64,000 bases of DNA from Takakia lepidozioides (taxonomy: Eukaryota > Plantae > Bryophyta): assembly GCA_030704615.1 (NCBI GenBank), contig CM060731.1, positions 3,658,001-3,722,000 on the forward strand, in the 5' to 3' direction. The position numbers and the translations under genes were made by a program. The notes below the pieces were generated by a model, which worked only from the letters and a program-made list of their open reading frames with translations, was not told where the DNA came from and searched no databases. Positions 37,901 through 49,669 of the stretch are shown here, piece by piece. How positions within the stretch are numbered: position 1 is the stretch's first letter; every line of letters starts with the position of its first letter.

Positions 37901-38278
37901 CCAATCCGGTACGCACGGAAATCCGTGTACCTGGATACGCCCTGAAACTGCACTCAATTCCCCGTCGAACTGGGGAATTGAGTGTAGTTTCAGTACGTAC
38001 AATGAGCAGCCTAGCGCTCTCAGTTTCGAACGGGAAAAGTTCGTAAAGGGCAGTATATGCATACCTTCCTCTTGTTTCCCTGGAGGCTGGGGACGGATGA
38101 AATGCAACAGTCTCAGCTCCTGCACTGCCAAGCTTGATACCCAGTTCAGCTCCACAGCCTGTCCCACTAATCTGCTGCATGATGTGAGACCTCCCGCATG
38201 TTCACCGGATTGAGAGAACAGAGTCTTGGGTATTGCCTTTCCCACCGCGTGCTGGACAGCGCCTGAGAATGCTGCCAT
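34992..38278 (-). CDS. PPR-A: OSB-type PDF motif + PLS-PPR (11 motifs) + E1/E2 + DYW deaminase, intact, about 803 aa
   Basis: Exons (minus) 38278-38065, optional 36-nt 37806-37771, 37693-37614, 37291-37110 and 36927-34992. Introns are GT-AG with phases 1/0/2 and the joined frame is open. The DYW domain has HSEKLA, CGDCH and terminal CSCGDYW. Confidence 0.9.
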
Positions 38279-39812
38279 CCCTGTGCCTCTATGAGAGAGT
38301 CCCAAGGCTCAGCAGGAAGCATGTAAAGAAAGAAAGAAAGAAACCAAGCAAAGCACTTTCCCGTCTTCCACCCTCATGTGTTTTTGAGCAGGGAGCCACT
38401 TCAAACTTCTACTACAAATGTTGGAGATTGCTATCCATGAAATGATGCAATGATACGGAAAGCTGGAGATTTGCAAAACGTGGTTTTTTCGCAGTGGACG
38501 CTGACATAGCGTGCTACCTGCATTTCCTCTGGCACACAGAGAGAATGTTCTCACGAGTACGTAAGACTTGGCCACGGACCCGCGCCCGTTTGGGCGAGAA
38601 AAGAGATGAAATGAAATGTCCCTCTTGGATACATAAGCATGACAAACACTCTTTTCAAAAACTAGCAAGATGGACTTTTTTCACTGCCACAGATCTATGA
38701 TCCAACAAGCAAGAATTGTTGGGAGTATTCGGTGGAAGCCCCCAGGTGCTGGTTTTGCCCAAGAAACAGAGAGACAGACACTGGAACCTGTGCGTTCTGT
38801 GCTCCAAGGATGCTACAAAGTGAGTTTTAAAAACGTTTCTAGAGCCACTAGTGCCCTTGCCAGGCTGATTTCCTTGAGACAGACATGCTTGCAAAAACCA
38901 ACAGATTCGCCTTATTGATTATGAAATTTTTCCCAGCAACTCCTTGAAATACTTACATTTTAGCCTAGAAATTGATTCCTTCTACGGAAACGGACTACAG
39001 ACGTGATCTGTCTAATATATTATAAGATTCGATGTGAAGCTTTTGGACTAGGGAAAAATATGCCGTCGTCTTGCACCGCTACAAAGAAAAGCTTAATGAT
39101 GTACCATGTGTGTAAGCATGTTTTCAGTGGTTTCAAAAAATCTTCCCTCTTAGTTGTGTATGGTCACACACAGACCAGCAAGTTTCGTGGTGCTGTTCAA
39201 ACTTGTTGTAGCAAGCAGACACAGGCTGACACTGAAATGTGAAGGGCCTCTCTAGAGCCTACCATGCATTCTGTACTGTTTGGGTATGACTTGTATCAAG
39301 TACCCACCACTATGATCGTTACTTGTTCTGCGTGTGACTGAACTACTGAGCTCATTGACTCTTTAAGTACAGAACTCTGTGGAATAAAATTTGAACAAAT
39401 CTCCAACTTTTGGGGGAAGAGGTCACTGTGTAACATGGCAAGTGATGGATCTTTTCCAGATGATCCAATGAAGATTATATTGTCTTGATACATACTTGTT
39501 TTGGGTATCATCCGCAAACCTTTTTGGGTTTGACACTTAATTTCCACAACTTCAGGATTATGATCATGCCTCATGGTCCCTGGAATCCTTCAAGAACAGC
39601 TTTGCAGTATAGGGTTACCCAACTTCACTGCTGATATTCCATGATGGCACTTGAATGTGGTCATCATGATGTGCAGCTTACAGAAACTGCAGTAACCATG
39701 AGACTACCTTTTCTTCCGACTTCACCCTCTGCTTACAAGTACAATGATTCAATGTGACCTTTCTGCTCTCATGCTTGAAGCACGACACTTTCCCTCATGA
39801 ATGTTGCTTGGT

Positions 39813-42800
39813 TCACCAGTAATCCCCTTAAGAACAAACCCCATCTTGGAAGTGGTGAAAGCAGTTCACATCCCGTACAATGATTACTCGCTCCACGATC
39901 TTTGATATAAACTTAGTGGCGGTGTGGCAGTCACCACATGCCCGAAGAAATTTGATGACACCGATAGGCATCCCGGGGTGAAGCCCAGCCACATAACATT
40001 TGTTTGCATTTGCAATGCGTGTGCAGCCTGGCAGCCCTGGAAAAGCAATGGCCAGTTTCTCACTGTGGTAGCAAAGAGAAAATTCCTTTTGGTCCTCCAA
40101 ATCATGCAATACAAATCTTGTGTCGGGCACGTACCCAGCTTCCTTCATCTGCCCAGACAATCTCTTCAACTCAGTGTGGATTTCATTGATTTGTGGATGG
40201 CGTTTGTCTTCTACAACAAACGATGCACCTGGCTATTGACCTCAATATCGCTGAGCCCTGGTTCCTACCTGACACCTCTGTCCTTCATCATTTCTCTGAC
40301 CTTTGCTTTATTGTGCCACCTGCCAGTTGCAGCATAGATGTTTGAGAGCCGCATGGAAGTTCCAGCATGCTGTGGGTCCCACTCAAGAAGGCCTTTCGCT
40401 GCACGTTCTGCCACCTCCACATCGCCATAAATTCTGCAGGCACCAAGCAGGGCCCCCCACACTGAAGCATCTGGTTGGATTGGCATTCTGTTAATGAAGT
40501 ACTCTGCCTCATCCAGTCGGCCTGCCCGGCCAAAAATGTCCACCATGCAGCCAAAATGCTCCATAGTAGGTGTCAGGCCATGCTCTTGGCTCATGGATTT
40601 GAAGTAGTGATGGCCTTCATCCACAAGACCCATATGGCTACATGCAGAGAGAAGAGATATATAGGTGACACCATTCGGCTTCAAGCAGTCCTGCTGCATT
40701 TTTTCAAATAGCTGCAGGACCTCCCTACCACACCCATTCTGAGCATATCCTGCTATCATTGCACTCCATGAGACCACATCCCGTTCAGCCATCTTGTTGA
40801 ACACTTCACGTGCATCCTTTACGTTCCCACATTTGGCATACATGTCAATCAAGGCATTCTCTATATTAATATCTAAGATACTTCCAGTGTTGATTATGTC
40901 GGAATGGACATCTCTGCCCTTTCCAAGGGCTCCTAGAGCGGAACATGCATTGAGCACGCAAATAAATGCAACCTCATCAGGAGTCACTCCTTCCTGATGC
41001 ATTTGCTCATAAAGCTTGAGAGCCTCCCTACCACACCCATCCTGAGCATATCCTGCAATCATCATACTCCATGAGACCACGTCTCGTTGAGCCATATTGT
41101 CAAACACTTGACGCGCATCTGTCATGCTCCCACATTTGGCATACATGTCAGCAAGGGTATTCTCCAGAATAATATCTGGTGCAATTCCAGTGTTGATGAT
41201 ATGAGCATGGACCTGTTTTCCCTTTCTCAGGGATCCCATAATGGAACATGCATTGAGAACGGAAGTGAATGTAACTCTGTCGGGTGTCACCCCTTCTTGT
41301 TTCATCTGCTCATAGATCTCAAAAGATTCTCTGCCACACCCATGTTGAGTATAACCTGTTATCATTGCATTCCATGAGGCCACATTTCGTCTAGAGAGCT
41401 TGTTGAACACTTGGCGTGAATCCTTTATACTGCCACATTTGGCATACATGTCCACAAGGGCCGTCTCCAGAATAATATCTGGTGCTATTCCAGCTTTGAT
41501 GATGTCAGCATGGACCTCTTTGCCCTCTTCCAAGCTACGTAGACTTGCACACACATTGAGAACGCAAGAAAATGTAACCATATCAGGTATCACCCCTTCC
41601 AATTGCATTCGCTCATACGTCTTGAAAGCCTCCCTACCAAACCCATGCTGAGCATATCCTGCTATCATCACACTCCATGAGACCACATCTTGTTTGCTCA
41701 TGCTATCCAACACTTGACGAGCATCCCTCATGCTCCCGCACTTGGCATACATGTCCAAAAGGGTGTTCTCCAAAATGATATCTGGTGCCAGTCCATCCTT
41801 AATGATGTCAGCATGGACCTTTTTACCCATCTCCAGGGCTCTTAGGCTGGCACAAGCATTGAGAGTGCAAATGAATGTGACTCTGTTGGGCGCCACACAT
41901 TCCCTTTGCATTTGCTCATAGAGATTGAAAGCGTCCCTACCACACCCATGTTGGGCATATCCTGCAATCATGGCACTCCATGAGACCACGTCTCGCTGAT
42001 CCATATGGTCGAAAACGTGACGTGCATCCTTGATGCTCCCGCATTTGGTGTACATGTCCACAAGGGTGTTCTGCAGAATGATATCGGGCACAATTCCACC
42101 TTTGATGATGTCCATATGGACCCCTTTGCCCTTATCCAGGGCTCCTAGTCCGGCACACGCAGTCAGTAGGCTAATGAAAGTGACTCTGTTGGGGGTCACC
42201 CCTTCCCGTTGCATTTGCTCATAGATCTTAAAAGCTTCCCTGACACACCCATGCTTGGCATACCCTCCAATCATTATGGTCCACGTGAACGTGTCTCGTT
42301 CAGGCATTTTGTCAAATACTTTGCGTGCATCAACCACACTTCCGCACTTGGCATACATGTTCACAAGGGTGTTGAATAGAAAGATGTTGTGCTTGAATCC
42401 ACTTTGGACAATGTGGGTGTGCACCTGCTTCCCCTCAGCTAGGCTTTTCCTTTTGATGCACTCATGCAAGATGCAGGCATAAGTATTGGAATCTGCCCCT
42501 GTGCTTCGTTGGTTTAAAATGTGCAGCGCCTCTTTCAGTCGTCCTGCCTTACATAGTGTCCTCACATCCCCACAAGATCTAGTAGATATTTTGTTGACTT
42601 CCTCTCTTGGTCGTATTTCGAATGCGGACATGATTGTGGAGGTGCTACATCGACCATCAATACCATGTCCTACAAGAACCTGCGCCTGATTCAACACTGC
42701 CATCCTGCATTACTCAAAACTCTTTCTTACTAAAATTTACACTTCAACTGACATAACACATCACAGAGCTCCTAGATACGTCAAGAAAAGATCTTTTCAT

Positions 42801-44000
42801 GCAGACAGGTTTCCCTGTAGCTTTACCAGGGTTAAGGAACTGAGAACTTGGGAACTGCTGATTGGTTAACTCCCTCTGTTTTGAAGTACAAAACAATACC
42901 GGTTGTCCTTGTGGCCTGGAGCTCCATGGTGCAAGTCAGCCTTAGGACCATCCACAAATTGTGCTTGGGCTTGTATCGTGGCAGCCAACTCTACTTTCAT
43001 CCAAGGAGGAATTGACCAACCCTCGATCCAAAGGACCTCCTTTGTGCGCTCATGTCTGAAGACTGGCGACCTTGGACTTCTCTATAGAAACCGCAAGTGG
43101 ACAGCTCAACAGCCTTGCGTAGGAGAGGCTACAATCACCAAAGTTCCTACAGCTACGGCAAGAGCCGCTTTGCTGCTGTCCGTGAATAAAAGCAAATAAT
43201 AGAGATTGGTTTCCGCAACTGGAGATACAATTGAGCCCAGAGAACATCATCATGCCAGTCCCAATTGTTTGACCTTGACACACTATCTTACATCCTAGCC
43301 TCACCTTATCAAACCTGCTGTCTCACCAGTGGGAAGGATCTGAGAAGAACTCCTGCCAGAGCCGTTCTAAGCTCATTGCTTCACCTGAGTGCAAGAACTA
43401 AACGATCATGAGCACTTAGCAAACTGCCTACTACCTCAGTCTTTATGGTGTGCTAGTGCATTATCATGATGTTTGACAGCTCCTAATTGACCTGGGTCTT
43501 GTTGATGAATGCTAGTGCAGGCTTCCCACATAATCTAATTTTCTCTCTGTCACTCACAAACACACACACAGAATAAATGAACGCAAGACGAGAACTATGC
43601 CAGAAGTCCTCCTAGTGAAGGAGCTTACAAAAGGACCACGAGGTTACACGCAGGTTCCTCACAGCCCTCGCAAGACCACAAGTGAAATTCGACGGCAAGA
43701 TGGGTGTAAGTTTTAGTGGGATGGGTCCAGGATTGGATCACACAGCCAAATAAAGCAAAGAGCTACATGTATCTACCTTTCTTCGGTTGCCCTGCAAGCT
43801 GGGGAGGCGCCGTAGCCATCACTTGCAAGGCTCTGGGTCCGGGCATTGCTTAGTGGATCTTCAATTCAGCTCTAGAGCCTGGCTCTTTGCTGCTCTGCAG
43901 TATGATGTGAGGTCTCCAGCCCGTTCAGAAAAGGGCACTGCCTTGGATATGGCCTCTTCCTCCACCCTCCAGGAGTGCACCAGAGCTGCCTCCGCTGTGC
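39813..44000 (-). pseudogene. PPR-B: PDF-PPR-DYW paralog with disrupted 5' exons and disrupted DYW
   Basis: Exon-1 homolog (about 44000-43777) has lost its ATG and carries a stop and a frameshift. PDF exon 43384-43305 has TGG>TGA at 43323-43325. PDF exon 43081-42900 is open. The DYW part has a stop at 40265-40267, a 1-bp deletion, an inverted insert at 39975-40044 and a stop at 39828-39830 before GDYW. Confidence 0.8.
40265..42703 (-). CDS. Intact 812-aa PLS-PPR (20 motifs) + E1/E2 ORF of PPR-B (E-class-like)
   Basis: Uninterrupted ATG-initiated ORF of regular P-L-S triplets ending MMKDRGVR* just before the PG box. Confidence 0.75.
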   Translation of the reverse strand: MAVLNQAQVLVGHGIDGRCSTSTIMSAFEIRPREEVNKISTRSCGDVRTLCKAGRLKEALHILNQRSTGADSNTYACILHECIKRKSLAEGKQVHTHIVQSGFKHNIFLFNTLVNMYAKCGSVVDARKVFDKMPERDTFTWTIMIGGYAKHGCVREAFKIYEQMQREGVTPNRVTFISLLTACAGLGALDKGKGVHMDIIKGGIVPDIILQNTLVDMYTKCGSIKDARHVFDHMDQRDVVSWSAMIAGYAQHGCGRDAFNLYEQMQRECVAPNRVTFICTLNACASLRALEMGKKVHADIIKDGLAPDIILENTLLDMYAKCGSMRDARQVLDSMSKQDVVSWSVMIAGYAQHGFGREAFKTYERMQLEGVIPDMVTFSCVLNVCASLRSLEEGKEVHADIIKAGIAPDIILETALVDMYAKCGSIKDSRQVFNKLSRRNVASWNAMITGYTQHGCGRESFEIYEQMKQEGVTPDRVTFTSVLNACSIMGSLRKGKQVHAHIINTGIAPDIILENTLADMYAKCGSMTDARQVFDNMAQRDVVSWSMMIAGYAQDGCGREALKLYEQMHQEGVTPDEVAFICVLNACSALGALGKGRDVHSDIINTGSILDINIENALIDMYAKCGNVKDAREVFNKMAERDVVSWSAMIAGYAQNGCGREVLQLFEKMQQDCLKPNGVTYISLLSACSHMGLVDEGHHYFKSMSQEHGLTPTMEHFGCMVDIFGRAGRLDEAEYFINRMPIQPDASVWGALLGACRIYGDVEVAERAAKGLLEWDPQHAGTSMRLSNIYAATGRWHNKAKVREMMKDRGVR

Positions 44001-44121
44001 CTGTGAAGAGAAATGTCTCCTTCCATCATCCGGGCCACGATTGTTCATCCGTTTGACTGTTTGTTTTATCACAGCGTGCACTGTTCTTCTTCCTCGCACG
44101 GTCCCCAGCTCAAGACACAGG

Positions 44122-47100
44122 ATGGCGGGTGCTCGCTTGCGCGAACGGGGAGAGACCATACCCAAAGCCTTGTTTCATCTTTGCTGTGAAGGGGCGGGAG
44201 GCTTTACATCATTCAGTAGATTGATGGGTCCGGCTGTGGAGCTGAAATGGGCATACAGCATGGCAAATTCTGGCCCGGGGCCCTTTCAAGTACTGCCTAC
44301 CCAGTTTCTAGGGACACCGAAGCAAGGTATAGACGTCCAATCCTCTGGGTATAATGTGTTGTTTGCTCCGCGCCCAGTTTGTGCGGAACAAAAGGGAGCA
44401 GAAACTCCCTTTGTTAGGGGCTCACTCCGGAAGTATGACTTACCTTGATAAAGACAATTAGTTCGGGTTTTCCAGATATCCTCTAGAAAGCCCTTCACAC
44501 AAGTGTCAACTTTCTGTGCGTGAGCTGCCCAGCAATTAGACCCAAGAGGGCCAGGGCCTTAGGCTCAGCCTCAAGATTTTGAAAGTTGGTGAACAGAGGT
44601 GCAGGGACAATGTTCTTGATCGTCCTGAAGAGGGTTACTTTCTGGTGAGAATATCCCGGACATTGTATCAGAAAATGGATATTGCCTTCTGGCTGCCCAC
44701 ACATCTGGCAATTACAATCTCCTCTTCCTCTCTGCATGCTGTGGGAGAGAGAGAGAGAGAGAGAGAGAAGAGATTTGCGTGACTGTATTTTTCCGTAGCC
44801 CTTGTCCGATATAGTTTCTTTGGAGAAAGACACCGTTGTTTTCTTGGTGTGTGAGAGAGTGACATAGCAGCTACAAAACTTTAAGAAAAAATAAACTTCT
44901 AAGTAGTGCAATTTTTGCTTGTTCCTTAATGTGGAGGCTAGATATTCTCACAATTGCCTGTCTAGGAATGAATAAAGGGCATATATGAGATGTACCATGT
45001 TTCTTGCTAAGGCTGTACCCTCACGTACCCTCGAGGGTAGTCCCTGCAGGAGACACGGATCCAGATTTTGGGTCTCTAGTCTCTACCCACCAGGTTATGG
45101 AACCTCTGCCAGAAAACTGCATAGCGCTCAGCCAACGGCAATCCAGGTACAGGCAGCTCAATGTGGATATGAGGGCTCGTATAGACCTCATGCCAAAAGA
45201 TACTATATAGATATCAGTACTGATGTTACAGCAGCCAATCTGACACATGTGAGCATGCACCATGAACACTGCACAAGGGGAGGAGGGAGAGTAAGAGGTT
45301 AATCTTATGGCTAGCATTCCTCAGTAATACTCAGGCAAAATCAGAGCAGCAAACATCCAATTAAGTGATGTTTTCATGCAGGCCAAGGGATGAGCAAAGG
45401 TTTGGCAGGAGTTCAAGTACAGTGGTGGGACGACAGGTCTGAAAAGGTGAGGCTCTCTTTATTTAGGACATTGACCTTTTTCAGGCATGTCTTTGTGAAT
45501 TCACTTGGTTTGATTAATGACAATTAGGGTCTTATCTGTTATAGCTTCCGCTTTTGGATTTTGGGTGGTTGTTGCCTGCTTTTATAGGAGGCTGTGAGGT
45601 TCTCTCTACTTTGGTGTGCACTGGTAGTTTCGACATAGACCCCCAAGATATACCACACCTCAGACATGAGAGTTGCTTAAATACGTCTTGGGTGAAAGCA
45701 GAGCTAGCTGCTCTCAAGCACAATGGTGAATGGTGGATGGATACCAAAGTAGTACTCTCTAATTCTGGTGTGAACATTGGAGCTCTATTGAAGGTTCACG
45801 GCGGGAGCCCATATTCTGGTGGGATGGCAGATTATGTTCAAAGCACGGAGTATGGTCAAACACAGGCTGCAGAGGAATGTGAGTATCACCGCAATCTGCC
45901 CTAGCTTTTGGCCACCATAAGCTCCTTCAATATCTTCCCCAACATGTGCAATTTAGGGTTGTTTGTATGTTTATTGTGTGCATTTTCCGAATGTTATCCA
46001 AACAGTAGCACGAGGGATTCAGGAAGCTGGCAAAAGTAATCATATTCTTGCAGTTCTTGCACACAGGTCAAGAAAGGAGAATCGAACAGCTGTGGCAGTT
46101 GTTCTCAGATCCATCATGCTGGTGGGACAACAGATTTGAGAAGGTGAGCATCACCGTGAAGGAATTTGTCAAGAAGGGATTGTAACTGAAGCTGGAATGA
46201 GTATTTTGTGGACTAGATTGTACCTCCTGTTGTTTTAGATTAACTATATTTCTGCTCTCCTGAAAAGTGATGGACTCATTATCAGAAGTTGTTCCTTGTT
46301 AGCAGGCTGGGAAAGTACGTTGTTCAATATTGTTCCCTGCTATTTGAACCATCCTTGGAGATGGGAGTGGATGTAGCCTGTTGTATGGTTGAAGCTATAG
46401 CTTCTCAGCTGTCCACTCATGGTTTTCACAGAAAAATCCAAGATCACCAGACTTCAGACATAAGGCTACAGAGGAAGCGGTTTGGATTGAGAAATGGTTG
46501 GACCCTCCTTGGGTGAAAGCAGAGCTAGCTACCATGATGCAACGTCAAGCACAATCTGGAGATGGTCTTAATGCTGATGTGCGCCATGGATTTCCAGGCC
46601 AAGAGTACAATTGGTATGGTTCTGATGATCATCCAAGGGTCAAACTTGAACAGATAGAGATTGTACAGTTTATTCTTAAAGACGACTACGGTGGTATTGT
46701 AACCCCATTACTATGTACCAGGAAGCCTGTCCTAATGAAGATAAGCTATATTCAAGGAGCTTTGAGACATTATCTTTGCTGGAATGTAAGGTTTGTAAAA
46801 AATAGTTCATAGTCATGCAGGATGACAGGGTTGAATCAGGCACAGTCACTTGTTGGACATCAGACTGGCTGCAGGGGTATCGCCACTGCACTTGAAAGAG
46901 AACAAAGAGAGGGGGTAAAACAGAACTCATCTGGCACTACCAGGGATGTGAAGATGCTGTGTAAGGCAGGACGACTGAAAGGGGCTTTGCACTTCTTGAA
47001 CCAACAAGGCATTCATGCAAATTCCAACACTTATGTCTCAATCTTGCAGGAGTGTATCAACATGAAAGGCCTGGCTGAGGGAAAGCAGGTGCATGCCCAC

Positions 47101-49053
47101 ATTGTCCAAAGTGGATGCAAGCCAAATATTTTTCTATTCAATACCCTTATGAAAATGTATGCCAAGTGTGGGAGCATGGTGGATGCACTCCAAGTGTTTG
47201 ACAAAATGCCTGAACGAGATATGTTTACGTGGACTATAATGATAGGAGGATATGCCAAGCTTGGGTGTGGTAGGCAGGCTTTTGAGATCTATGAGCAAAT
47301 GCGAGGAGAAGGGATGATGCCTGACAGAGTCACATTCACTTGCGTTCTAAATGCCTGTGCCAGCCTTGGAGATTTGGAAAGGGGCAAAGAGGTCCATTCT
47401 GACATCATCAATGCTGAAATTGAGCTGGATATCATTCTGGAGACTGCAATTGCTGACATGTATGCCAAATGTGGGAGTATGAGGGATGCACGTCAAGTGT
47501 TCGACAATATGGTTGGACGAAATGTGGTCTCATGGAACGCCATGATTGCAGGATATGCTCAGCATGGGTGTGTTAGGGAGGCTTTCGAGATCTATGAGCT
47601 AATGCATCGGGAAGGGGTGATGCCCGACAGGGTCACTTTCACTTCTGTGCTCAATGCATGTGCCAGTTTAGGAGACCTAGAGAAGGGCAAAGAGATCCAT
47701 GCTGATATCATCAGAGGTGAAATTGCATTGGATAGCATTCTGGAGATTGCCCTCACTGACATGTTTGTCAAATGTGGGAGCATGGAGAATGCCCGTCAAG
47801 TGTTCGACAAAATGGCAGAACGAGATGTTGTATTATGGAATTCCATGATTACAGGCTACATTGGAGGTGGGTCTGGTAGGGAGGCTCTTGAGATTTATGA
47901 GAAAATGGAACGTGACGGGGTGACGCCCGACAGGGTCACATTCATTTGTATTCTCAATGCATGTGCCAGCCTAGGTGCTCTTGAAAAGGGCAGAGAGGTC
48001 CACGCTGACATTGTCAAAGCTGGTATTGCTTCATATGTTAAGTTAGAGAATACCATTGTTAACATGTATGCCAAATGTGGGTGCGTAAAGGATGCACGTC
48101 AAGTATTTGACAATATGGCTGAACGAGATGTGGTCTCTTGGACTGCAATGATAGCAGGATATGCCCATCATGGATGTGGGATGGAGGCCCTCCAACTATT
48201 TGAACAAATGCTACAGGAAGGCTTAAAGCCTGATGGTGTTGCCTTTATATCTATTCTCTCGGCATGTAGTCATATGGGCCTTGTGGATGAAGGTTGTCAT
48301 TATTTCGATTCGATTAGTCGGGATCATGGCCTAACTCCCACAGTTGAGCATTTTGGCTGCATGGTGGACCTTCTTGGCCGTTCAGGGCAATTGGCTGAAG
48401 CAGATAACCTCATTAGTAAAATGCCAATTAAACCAGATGCTGGGGTGTGGAGGGCATTGCTTGGTGCCTGCAGAATTCATGGGGATGTGAAGGTAGCAGA
48501 ACGTGCAGCAAAAAGCCTCCTTGAAAGTGATCCCCAGCATGCTGGAGCTTATGTGTTATTATCAAACATCTATGCTGCAGCTGGCAGGTGGGATGATAAA
48601 GCAAAGATGAGGAAAATGATGGAGGACAGAGGTGTTAGAAAGGAGCCTGGGCACAGCTGCATTGAGGTTGACACCAGGGTGCATACATTCGGTGTAGAAG
48701 ACAAATCGCATCCGCAAATTGAGGAAATCCATTCGGAGCTGACAAGACTGTCTGCGCAGATGAAGGAGGCAGGTTATGTGCCTGACACACGCTTTGTAGT
48801 GCATGACGGGGAGGAGGAGCAAAAGGAAATCTCTCTTTGCCACCACAGTGAGAAGCTGGCCATTGCTTTTGGTCTGATCAGCATGCCCAGTGGGGCGCCT
48901 ATCCGCATCATCAAGAACCTTCGAGTGTGTGGTGACTGCCACACCGCCACCAAGTTTATCTCAAAGATTGTCGGGCGAGCAATTGTTGTACGGGATGCTA
49001 ACCGCTTTCACCATGTCCAAGATGGGGTTTGTTCTTGTGGGGATTACTGGTGA
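44122..49053 (+). CDS. PPR-C: OSB-type PDF motif + PLS-PPR (14 motifs) + E1/E2 + DYW deaminase, intact, about 898 aa
   Basis: Exons 44122-44326, 46067-46143, 46432-46613 and 46821-49053, GT-AG with phases 1/0/2. The joined PDF reads EQLWQLFSDPSCWWDNRFEK|KNPRSPDFRHKATEEAVWIEKWLDPPWVKAEL. The DYW domain has HSEKLA, CGDCH and CSCGDYW. Confidence 0.92.
44495..44770 (-). mobile_element. LINE ORF2 C-terminal zinc-finger fragment in PPR-C intron 1
   Basis: CQMCGQPEGNIHFLIQCPGY matches the CxxC-x(3-4)-E-xxx-HFLxxCPxY motif of non-LTR ORF2 proteins. It is preceded by a (CT)n tract on the minus strand. Confidence 0.7.
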
Positions 49054-49628
49054 AACAATCAACATCCATGAAACAAGTACGTGGCTCCAGATGTGAGGCC
49101 GGAAAGGTCATTTTTTGTCACTATGTTGGTAGGCAAAGATTAATTCAAAAGAATACGTCTACTGAACAGCAGCAGTGAAGTCATCGAAAGGCCTCATTGC
49201 AGAGAACAGATCGCAGGGGTGACTTCTCTCTGAAGTTATGATGGTGTTGCACCTTAAGAAAAGGTTGAGCAAGGATATACTTATGAGTGAGGCAGACTGG
49301 TCCTCGAATGGGTGTCATTCTCGGAAGTAACTGGGGAGCATGCAGCATCTCCATACAGCGCCTATTATTCTACTTGATGCAAGAGCTGGACAGTAATTCA
49401 CCTGAGTTCCAACCCTGTCAATGTCTAGAAATTGAAATCTTTGCCGTTTTGGAAATATCTACAGTTTGCTTGGTGCATGTGCGTCTACCTCACTTGAGAC
49501 GAGCCATGCAGAATGTAGTCAATGAAAAACTGGGCACGGGGTCAATGGCCACACAGCTATGGCAAACAACGTCATATGAGTACATTCTCCTCTCTATCTA
49601 GGCTACACCAAACAATGTCTTAAGAGTA

Positions 49629-49631
<3 letters not shown>

Positions 49632-49665
<34 letters not shown>
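49632..49665. repeat. (CT)n microsatellite
   Basis: Pure CT run. Confidence 0.9.

Positions 49666-49666
<1 letters not shown>

Positions 49667-49669
<3 letters not shown>

Noticed and set aside
43323-43325. Stop codons in PPR-B being repaired by RNA editing
   Set aside because: This is a nuclear gene. The lesions are TGG>TGA, AAG>TAG and frameshifts, which C/U editing cannot restore.
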